Shown here: in pieces, positions 53,457-64,000 of the stretch
Numbering within the stretch: the first letter of the stretch is position 1
Layout: each line of letters opens with the position of its first letter
Translations under genes and position numbers: made by a program
Assembly (NCBI GenBank): GCA_051362555.1
Contig: CM120646.1
Location: forward strand, 13,702,001 to 13,766,000
From: Lingula anatina
Lineage: Eukaryota; Animalia; Brachiopoda
Direction of reading: 5' to 3'
DNA: 64,000 nucleotides
Notes under the pieces: model-generated
Told to the model about the DNA's origin: nothing
Databases searched by the model: none
Seen by the model: only the letters and a program-made list of their open reading frames with translations

Positions 53457-54112
53457 CTGCAACCAGAGAAAAATATTGTATTTTCATCAAAATTCAAGGA
53501 TAACCTTGTAGTTGTAGCCGGTTTTCTTGGTGCTCCATTTCTCTTTGACCTCGGACGAGTTGAACAAAGATAGGGTGGAACCTGATATAAGTTAAATAGT
53601 TTTTATTCAGTGTATGTCATTCAAACTTAAAGTAAGGACAAAAAGTAAAGAGTCAAAAAGATTGGCTAATATATATGTGTGTGTATCCCCTTCCAATAAA
53701 CTTTATTCTTGATCGGAATTACGATACTTGATAGATCTGTCGTACCTAGATTTGCCACTTTCATTCCCACCGCAATGGACTCTTCTGGACTGTTCTAAAG
53801 TATCCACTTACAGCAAATAAAGTCGTAAAACATGAAAATCTGTAAAAAAGATATTTGTATTTTAACCTCATTTGCTTTCACAAGAAGCAAGAGTGGATCA
53901 AATGAGCAGATCTGTGACAGCCAAATGTTAATGGATGCTCTGTATTTATTTTGACATTTTACTGCAATACCGGCAAGTGCTTTCTACGCATGCGCGTTTA
54001 AAGAAATAGTTTTGCTGAAAAGTGGCGGTGATGGAAGAGAGGTGAATATTTGTGGATTTACAAATAATACTACGTATATGTTGCTTGATCGTGGGCGGAT
54101 AGAATATCCACA
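53457..54112. promoter_or_regulatory. Putative bidirectional promoter / 5'UTRs of ESYT and WDR60
   Basis: Divergent start codons are 672 nt apart. NRF1-like ACGCATGCGC at 53986-53995 and a GC-box GGGCGG at 54093-54098. Transcription starts cannot be determined. Confidence 0.6.
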
Positions 54113-57100
54113 ATGCCTTCGGAAAAGGTAGGTATCAATAAGCAAGATTGTGGCTTGAGCAAATGCACCATGCGCCTTTGAATTTCATAGTTTACTCTGT
54201 TGCTACGAACACGAAACTGTAAATGTCTGCATACCCCTGCTCAGCCACTGAATTGTACTGTCATAGAAGTTGCAAACAGTTGAGATGTAGACGCGTCAGT
54301 TTTTGTAAATCCTGCCTACTGGCGTCTGTTTGATGAAGAGCGTGATTTTTCGTCCACCACAGATAATTAATTGTCATAGAATACGTGATGCGTTGCCAAA
54401 GTCTGTTGAATGATTTGATATGACACACAGTGTATTGCTAACGTTAATACCAGTTAATTGTATCTTTCCCACAGAGACAAACACAACAGAACTGAAAATT
54501 GCTAACACTGTCATATATCTTCCACCACCATGACAGCGGTTCTTGCCATTGCTTGCATTAGAGCCTGTACATGCCTCCTTCATAGTCAACATATTTTTAG
54601 ATACCATTGATAAAACAGAAACATTGCTTTATTTAAGTGCTACTTGTAAGTAAATTGTATTTAGTTATAACATAAAATTATTCTTAACAATATTTATTTA
54701 CTATACTGTATGTATTTTTCAGCGACGTACAAAAGAAGACACATGGAAAGAGGCAGATTTAAAAAAATCTATCAAGGTAATGTTAATAGGAAGGACACCC
54801 TTCCAGTAGATTACAGTTGAAGACATGAAAAGTGTTATGAATGTCTTTATTGACTATAGAGAAATACAACTCTTAGTGGTCAAGAGCACATCAGATAAGA
54901 GTGTGTGTATACATGTTTTAATTGTGGAAATTTTATTTTAACTTTAAAAAATTACGTATATTTTAATATCGAATCTTTTTATTTTATCTTTCTGGAAAAA
55001 ATGCAGTGACAGACTTAAATGGGCTTATTTAAAATGTTAGAATGTAATGTGCTTATTATAATTTATTTAGGATGCTCACAAAGATTCTGAGAGAAGATCA
55101 AAAGATGATCGAGACAAAAGAAGAGATAGGGATAAAGATCGAGACAGGGACAGAGATAAAGAAAGGGAAAGGGAAAAGGAGAGAGATAGGGATAGAAAAG
55201 ACAGACACAGAGAAAATGGAGATTCAGGCAGTAGAGACCGTAGGAAAGATGACAGAGACAGAAAAGATAGAGATAGAAAGAAAGAAGAGGTCAGGGTTGA
55301 GTACATACATGAAGTAAAAGTGTTATTGCATTGCATTGCATTGTCTTTTTTTTTTTTTTTGCATAACTATTCATTATCATTATAAGAATTCATACATCTG
55401 TAGAATCATCGGTTTAGAACTATCCACTATCTAAGTAGAATTTTCTCATGTTAATCTGCTTTTCTGTACACTCTTTGTCTCTCTCTGTTTGACTTGTCTT
55501 GACTCTCACTTCCTTCTATCTTTTCTGTAAACTTCTCACAGTCTAGAACAAAAGCCAGCAGTAGAGTAGCTGGTGCTCTTACTGTAGCTCACTCAAGTAG
55601 AGGTAGAAAAGCTTCCCCTTTCAAGAAAACTTCTCTTCAGACAAAAAAGGTTGTATCAGTAAGTGTAATCCATGAGGATTATTATTTTTTTTTTTTGCAA
55701 AATTTTAGTTATTTTTTCTCCCTTTTTTTTCATAAGATGAAATTGTTCTAAAAAATTTCCACTTACTTTTTTCTGTAAGTTATCTGTTAAGTGACTGATG
55801 AGCTGCTTGTCAGTATTTTATTGATTACAGTGTGTTCACTGTAACATTGGACAAGTTTTAGTTACAAACTTAATCTGTGTCATTATTATTGCAGGAAAGC
55901 AAGAGACGCGATGACAAAGACAGAGACAAAAACAGAGACAGAGATCATGAAAGCAGTAGCCGTCACCGCGATGACCGACGTTCTAAGGATGATGACCGCC
56001 ACAGGAGCAGCAGGGACAAAGACAACCGAGACAAAGAGGATCGAAAAAGAAAAGACGATGATCATCGGCGTGATGATAAGCGTGGCGGCAAGGATGAGGT
56101 AAATGGTGATAGAGAAAAGAGAAGCGGTCACCACAGGGAACAGGATGATAGTGATAGGAAACACAGGGATCAGGACAGGGAGAGAAAACATAGGGAAGAG
56201 GGGGAGAAACATGAGAGAGAGCATAAACGTCATGGGGAGGGGGAGAGATCTAGGGAGAGAGACCGAGAGAGAGACAGGGAGAGAGATAGTAGACACAGAT
56301 CACAGGAGAATAGAAAGGTTAGTAGTATTGATTATTGGCGTCTGAACTTTTGGATGACCTACATGGCTTGTATACACTGTAAGATGATTTTGGTAACTGT
56401 TTTAATTTGATATGAAAATGAAGGAGAAAAATGAGATATGGGATACGACGTAAAACACAATTTGGAAAATGCAGTTTGCTGTGAGCAGACATTGGAAATT
56501 AAGTAGAAGGCAAAGTAGTTGTCATTTATGTAAAAATGCCCTAAATGAAGATATTAATTTATCATTATGATGAAAGCAATAACCAGAATTGTGAGATGTT
56601 TCCTGCAGAAAAACATGCAAGTTATCCAAAACCACATTCAGAGGTTCAGGTTCTCAAAAAATTTTTTCATTTTCACTAATTTTTTTTTCTTACTTTTTCT
56701 GTGCATGTTATTTATCTTTTGCGCTCCTTGTTTTTATGTTAGATATTCAACCTAAATGTTCTGTAGACTCCGTATATTTTAAACACTTATGCTTATTATA
56801 GAAAATATATATTTATTATATTTTAAAAGTATCACTTATTTTAAAATTTCTTTTATGATATTTATCAGTATGCATGTGCTGTATGAATAAGCATTTTTAT
56901 CTTTTTTCCATTCTTTTCTTATGTTACTGCATTTCTAACTTTTCATTTATGACTGCTTTGGTTATTTCTGTGTGAATGTAAAGGAGGACAGTAGAGATGA
57001 CCGACACAGGAAATCAAGAGATCATGACTCCAAGGTAAGACTTTCACAATGGGCAATACTGACCAGACCTTAACTGGTAATAGTCTAATTTACATCACCA

Positions 57101-60100
57101 GACAACTTGATCATACCCGAAATTCAGGTCAGATGCACTTTCTTTATTTTCATTTTCATTCATCCAGCTTTTGTGTTTTTGCAAAAAGTCAAGTGATGTA
57201 GTTAATAGGCCCGTCTACACTTGAATGCCAATATTGGACTTGTTTTGCAAAAGTAACAAACTGTAACTGTAACAGTACTGTTATAATATTCAAATAATGT
57301 GTAAGGGAGACAGCGGAAATGTTTTTGTGGACCAACAATGATTTGTCCCTGATCAAAGTATGCTTAGTCTTACAGTTAATGTCAACTTTGGACTCCATTT
57401 TTTTTTATTTTTTTACTTATTGTTGTATAATATTTGTTTTCTTTTGGGGATTGGAGGTGGGCTGGTATGGGATAATCTGAATGATTTACTAATAGTAGTA
57501 AGTACTAGTATGACATATGACATTATGTAAAGTGAAAATTTTGGAATGGGTTAAATGTATAAGGTTGTGATGATATTTAACTTTTGTAGTTGTTTACTTT
57601 CATATTATAGTTCTAATATATAACTTTTTAATAGGAAAGGAGGAAAGAAGATGACAGAAGGAAAGACGACAGAAGGAGAGATGATGACAGAAGAGAGAGG
57701 AGAAAAGATGATGACAGGTTCTTGAGCTTTATATTATTATATTATATTATAATTTCATTTTAAAAGTTAAGCATGCAGAGTTTCTTGCAGTATGAAGAAT
57801 TATGATAAGTATTTAAATATACAACATCTTTCCTCTTTAAACGTCAAAGACGGGATTAGATTCATTTAGATTCATTTACTGTACATATCAGTTTTGTGCT
57901 GACAAGTGATTGGATGTTGGTCACTTGAAGATTAGTGGAATCAGAGCTTTTGTCATGTTTTGATCTTGTTAATATCAGTATAATTGTATTTCTGCTAATG
58001 TGTTTTCACAGAACAGTATGCCATCATGTTTTGTACTCAAACCTTTTTTAGAAGAGATAGAGACAGAGAGAAGGACAGAGAAAGAGAAAAGGAGAGAGAG
58101 AGAGAAAAAGACAAAAATCGAGAAAAAGACAGAGATAGAGAAAAAAGAGACAGAGACAGGGATAAAGATAGAGACAGAGAAAGGGATAGAGATAGGGATA
58201 GAGATAAAGACAGAAGAGAGAGAGATAAAGACAGAGACAGAAGAGAGAGGGATAAAGAAAGGGATAGAACCAAAGACAAGGAGAGAGATAGAGACAGGGA
58301 GAAGGATAGAGATAAAGAAAGAGATAGGGAGAGGGATAGAGGCAAGGAGAAGGATAGAGACAGGGAAAGGGATAGAGACAGAAGCTCCAGAGATGAGGAC
58401 AAAGGCAGAGAAAGAAACAAAGACAGGAGTTCCAGAGATGACAAGGTTGGTAATTAAAAGATGAATTCACTTAGAAAATTTGTTATATACAGATGTCTGT
58501 TTAAAGCTGGACTCACTTGCATAGTGACATTGTTTTAAATTTTGCTTTAGTCAATTCTGTTTTAATAGAGCCATTGTTATTGGCTATTTGCTAGAAAACG
58601 ACTGTCTAAACTACATTTAAAATGAATGTGTTCAGTCTTTAAACATTTCAGTTGATTCTGATAAGGGCAGTTTTCCAAAAGTTCCAAAAAGATATAATTC
58701 ATGTAATAGTACGTTTTGTTATCTCTGCTAAGAAAGTAGAGCAGTATTGTTAATTTCGAATTTTTGCAATAAAACGCATTTACCATGTCTTCTTTGCAGC
58801 GAGAGGAGAAGTCATCTAGTCTTAAGGCAAGCAAAGAGGAAGAGTCTGTAAGTATATTTCAGACCACTCAGAATGCCTGTCTCCATATATGCTTTCACAG
58901 ATGCTTTTAGCAGCATGGATATAATTTCTTTTTTGGCATTTTGTTATAAGTTAAACAGAAGTGGCATACAAATATATTGATCAGTTTGTTACAAAATTAA
59001 CCAATTCTTGTTGCATTCATTTTTCATTGTCGGTGTGTTTGAGAAGTTTTGATTTGGATTTTTATCTGTAATCATTTTTGTTTAGTTGATTTGCATGTTG
59101 CTTCAAGCTTAATTGAATGAAACACATTACTATGCATTTTATCTTTGCTAAATGAATAATTTACCAAGACTATTTGAAATAATGATAAATAGATATATTT
59201 AGTCATATTTATCTGTGAGAGTTTGACAGATAATTTGAAAGAAAAAGTGAGCAAAGAGAGGAAAAAAAAGACAAACCGTTCACAGCTTTAGTTCAGCTAA
59301 TTGTTTATTTGAAGCTTTTGCTTAGTTTTTTTTTTTTTTTATTTTTGAAATTTTGGATGAAGAACATATAGTTACATACATGTACATTGTTAGTCGTCTT
59401 ACTGCAATGCATGTATGTTTTTTTCTTTTAATTCGTCACATTATTTATGCACACGTTAGCAGAGCACAGTGATCGAGGAAGTGTCAGAGAAGTCGGAGCT
59501 GAAGGAGGAGAAGGAAGTAAAATGGGGTGGCGCAGATGACGCGGGTGCTGACGAGGAAGAGCAGGGTTACGATGATTATGATGATGACTTTGAGGTACAA
59601 ACAACAGGCTGCTAGTACTGTAGACACAGTGATTGTTGAATATATTGGCTTGTTTTATTTTACTTTAATATTGAATATTTTGTTGTTTATTAAACAGAAT
59701 ATTGATTTTTGTGTTGAATTGAATGTCAGTGAAAAAAAAATAGATGGCATGATACCTGTAATTAAAGGACAGAAATGCATGTAGGTGGACGGATGCTGTG
59801 AAATTTATTATGTGACAGTAAATAAAAACAGGTGTATTGTGCAACATCAAAACTATCTGAAATATTTATGGCTCCACAGATATTAACTTAAAGATACTAG
59901 TACACATATGATGATTTTATATAATGGATATGACTGTTTCTCGTAGGATTATGATGATGACTTTGAAGATGAAGAAGAAGATTCTGCAGATGCTAGAGCT
60001 GTAAGTATCTAATGTGACATGCACAGAGTTACTGGTCATTAATATAGATTTGAACACTATTTCAGACAATTGTGTTAAGCCATATTTCAGTAAATTACAC

Positions 60101-61447
60101 TTTTTATTGGATATGAGAAGCAGATTTAATGAAGAATTATTTTAAGTTCGCAGGCAGTTGTCAGTTGACAAGTAGTATCTGTGACGAGCAGCATAATATT
60201 ATTCAATAACATAATCCTTAGTAAGGCTTGCATGTGCAACACTCAAGTATGCTAGCCAAATGAAAATGCCAACCACAAATTCTTAGGCAAAAATCAGTTA
60301 CTTATAACATTTTGTAAAGGCAATGTTATTTCCCTAATTTAAGTTATGACCTAGACTGGACTCTACATAAAATGAGGTCAGCAGATTTGACAAACTTGTG
60401 CAAAGATGAGATGGAGTGCTTCACCAGTTCTTTCATAGAGAGAACATTGTTCCACTATAACAGCAGGGAGGGGGGCACTTGAGTTTTTAGACCCCCTCCC
60501 CCCAGATATACCATATACCCCTTTAAGAAAAGCATTCCTATAGAAAGCCTGATAATATAATTGTAATATTACATAAAGAGTGACCTTTGGATTCCCCCCC
60601 CTCCCCCCTCAATGTAATCAACATAGCAGTATTAAAGACCCCTGATTTTGAACATTTTTTCCTCTTAAAGGTTCCACTGAAGGGCCTTTCCCCCCGGTTA
60701 CAGCAAGTGGCTCACTGGAATGCTGACAATGCTGTAACTATACTTCACCTGTTTAGATGTTTTAGCCATTAGATACATAGATAATATACACTTCTATGGC
60801 TACATAGAGTGGCATAGGCCCTAATTATGCACTAATGTAGAGGAAGTTATGTACTACTTGCTATATGATATAGATTGTCTGTTGTAGAAACTTTTTATAT
60901 GCTTTTGGTATGCTAATGCCAGGGCATGGAAAGGGCTTTGAATGTGTACTAGACATATGAACCTTCCTGATATGAGTGTGTAACTTTATAAAAACAATTG
61001 GTTTAAAAAAAGGAAGAAAGAGACACATTTCGAAGTTCTCCCCATTTGTGAACTTGAAGTAGTTTCACACCCTTAATTTCTACTTGTCTTTTTGGGCTTC
61101 GTGATATAACTGATTCTATTACATTTTTATAATATCGATTTACAATTTCAGATCCTAACTAACCTTGCTTAATTATATAGCTTATAATAAGTAGAAAAAT
61201 GCTTTTATGGACGCACTGTGCTGTTACTATTATCTTTCTTATAATTTTAAACTTTTAATAAAAGATTTGCCTGCTTTGCCTAAAAATATTATTCTATGAA
61301 CAGTCAACCTTACTTGACTGTTATATAATTGCCTAAATATGTTATAGTTGATTATTCTGTTTTTTATTATTGGTTATTTGATAAGCCAATTGTAATTAAG
61401 TTAAGTTCATCTTTGTTTTACACAGCAGAAAAGTTTTATTATTATTT

Positions 61448-61478
<31 letters not shown>

Positions 61479-61483
61479 TTAAT

Positions 61484-61514
<31 letters not shown>

Positions 61515-61983
61515 TGTACTTTCATTTTGCTGTTACAGTTGTACAATCTTAAGCACAGTCCATTTGTAAAAATGAGTTACTGAAAGCATAATTATGTAAA
61601 CATAATTCCCCATAATGTTTAACCTTTCGTTTCAGACAAGAGAGGAAATGGATGAGGTATTAAAGGCAATGAATGAGGAGAATGCCAGGCTATTGAATGA
61701 GTCACGTAGGAGTGACTGGTCCAGTACAGTAAGAATTTTTATAATGTTTTCTATCTATGATTCACACATAAGTAATTTGCCCAATCTGATAACTCTTCAA
61801 ATTTATTTTACTCTTCCTGTAACAGAGACCTGGATACAGAGGTTGGCAGTGCTCAAATTTTTATTATGTTACACAGTATGACTATATTTGTGATACAGTT
61901 TATGATTAATATATAATTCATTGAGAAGTGATTTTTTTTCAGGTGCGCGTTATCTTGGTTATAACATACATGCACACGCACGT

Positions 61984-62017
<34 letters not shown>

Positions 62018-63793
62018 TAGTGCTGAATCACTGATGAATAAAATATAACATTTACCATGTTCAACTTAGTAGTTTGTTAAATGAACCGCCATCATGATAA
62101 AAGCTCAAACACTATATGATCACTATCAGAAATATGAAATGTCCTAATTTCAGCCTGACTCAGACGAGAACACAGACAGCCGGAGAGCAGATCAACCAGT
62201 CAAGAGACCAGTTACAAGTAGAAGTCGGGGATTCATCAACTTTGTTTCAGCCAAACAACGCCAGATCTCAGACAAGGCTGCGTCAAAGGCACGACGGCGT
62301 GGCCAAGAGTTGCTGCAGCTTATTGAGCTGGATGTGGCAAATTTTAGTCTGTTTGACCTCCCTCCAGTGAAAGAGTATGAACTGTATATGAGGAATTTTG
62401 GGAGCATGAATACTAAACAGGTACCAGTGTGAAATGTGTGCCTTTTGTGTGGGTTAAAACAGTTATAAGTCTGTAGATTTATTACAGTCACATTTTTGTA
62501 TCATTTCAACTGATTCTTCTTCCTTCAAGTGGTTTTGTTTTTTAATTATTTCTGAATTCAGTTTTGACGAGACATACTTGATTTTTTTATTTTTATGGTT
62601 TTCATAGAAGAGCACATTGCTTTCGGTATCAACTTATTATGCTCTCCCCCCCTTTTTTTTAAATTAAAGCCCCATAGACTTGACAGTAACGAGAATGAAG
62701 ATTCATTAAATTTATTTGTTTAATAGTATTTAATTTATTTATCATTTCTAGTGTTTTAAAGTATTATTTATCATTTTGTCCAGGCCTACATACAGACCAA
62801 TGAAGACAATATAGATCGTGACATTCAGACAGAAGAGATTGAAACCAAAGAAAAATGGTGCCAGCACCCACCAGAAGACCTAAAGGGATCAGGAGGTTTC
62901 ACATTAACTCATTTCTCATTTATAAAAGAATAGACAGTTTAAGGAAAAATAGCTCAGTCGGAAATAATTATGAAACGAACTTTAAAACAAACTTTTTTAC
63001 CTAAAATTTAATTGAAACAGAAGGACAATAGTTATAATATCACCAAATAATAAATTCTTAGAGGGGTTAATAGAATATATATTTGAAAGAACTTTTAAAA
63101 TTAAAAGGGCAAACGCTTTACCTGCTGGTGCCCCAGTAATAGGGTTTCAATTATAATTGCATTACAGAACTCTCAGACAATTCAGTACTGTGAATTTTTT
63201 TTTCATAACTGTTTCTTTAACTATGACCCTTGTGTTATCCAGGTGATGATGAAGAAACTGAGAAAAGTGTGGATTCCAGTGGGAAAGTGGACTCTGTCAG
63301 GCTGACTAAGTTCTTGCAGCAGTCATTACAGGTGAGTAATACTAATTGATAGATTTATTTTATTATTTTTTTAAAGATATAAACATATAAATGGTAAGTC
63401 AGTGTGCTTACATCCTCGTGCATTGCTGGTTCTTTTTTAGGCTCAAGTGAAGCTTACTCTCTGAAATACTTCCTCTGGGAGCATCCAGTAATTTTTTCCA
63501 CATCTATCCAAATAGACAAAGTATTATATGCTGTTCTAGCTTGCAAAAACGTTTCAGAAGAACAGCCAGTATTTAAATTCATATTTATACATGTACATTA
63601 TTTGTTGCAGTGAACTCAGAAGACAGTCTAAATCTGCCCCTGTATAACCTATACTGTTTCCTATTCCAGGTGGTGGCAATCTTATTAGAAGAGGACCAGG
63701 CAGAGAGGAACCAGGCCGAGGTGTTGGCCAGTAGAAGTAACACGTCCTTCAGTGAAAGCACCATATCTCTGACACAGCCATCATTCTTAGCAG
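54113..63793 (+). CDS. DYNC2I1: Dynein-2 intermediate chain 1 (WDR60), 5' part; WD40 repeats lie beyond the window
   Basis: Exons 54113-54127 (MPSEK), 54723-54776 ([18 protein letters not shown], cf. human RRTKDDTWKADDLRKHL), 55071-55289, 55895-56317, 56984-57034, 57635-57717, 58052-58445, 58800-58847, 59460-59594, 59947-60000 (YDDDFE/DYDDDFE), 61636-61728, 62154-62420 ([26 protein letters not shown]), 62784-62895 ([25 protein letters not shown]), 63243-63331, 63670-63793 (VVAILLEED). Phases are consistent. Confidence 0.95.
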
Positions 63794-64000
63794 GTACTTG
63801 CCACTTAGCAAATACAGGCCTTATAAACGGATTAGGCATTATTTTAATAAGGGCACTGCATGTCAATAACTTTTAAATCCCAATAGAAAAATAGAACTAA
63901 GTTCTTAACTATTAATGTGCATATATGTTTTTTTTAATTGATAAATAAATGGTTATAGTTTCAGTGGTTCAGATAGTGTCAATGTTGAGAAGCAAATGTT

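Noticed and set aside
54199-54212. Possible RFX X-box (GTTGCTACGAAC) near the ciliary gene start
   Set aside because: Only a half-site match; too weak to call.
55076-58470. Long ORFs in other frames or strands (SLSLSL.., CLYP.., TETEK..)
   Set aside because: Shadow frames of the WDR60 RD-repeat exons.

Overview
AT-rich, intron-rich animal DNA, probably an invertebrate. The repeat types are compatible with a mollusc, but the taxon cannot be proven from sequence. The supplied ORF track is mostly noise because the genes are spliced; all exon coordinates below were read by hand from splice sites. (1) 1-17.3 kb holds a tandem array of secreted lipocalin genes on +: one pseudogene (A), two intact 5-exon 184-aa copies (B, C) and an orphan promoter remnant. 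Motifs and intron positions resemble vertebrate RBP4/purpurin. (2) 19.1-53.4 kb holds a complete 22-exon extended synaptotagmin (ESYT2/3-type, 805 aa) on -. It has candidate alternative exons, tandem repeats that duplicate its splice sites, and a Helentron/HINE-like satellite block in intron 19. (3) From 54.1 kb to the end lies the 5' part of WDR60/DYNC2I1 on +, head-to-head with ESYT, as in human 7q36.3. Several MITEs, a Penelope-like RT relic and a LINE zinc-knuckle relic are also present.
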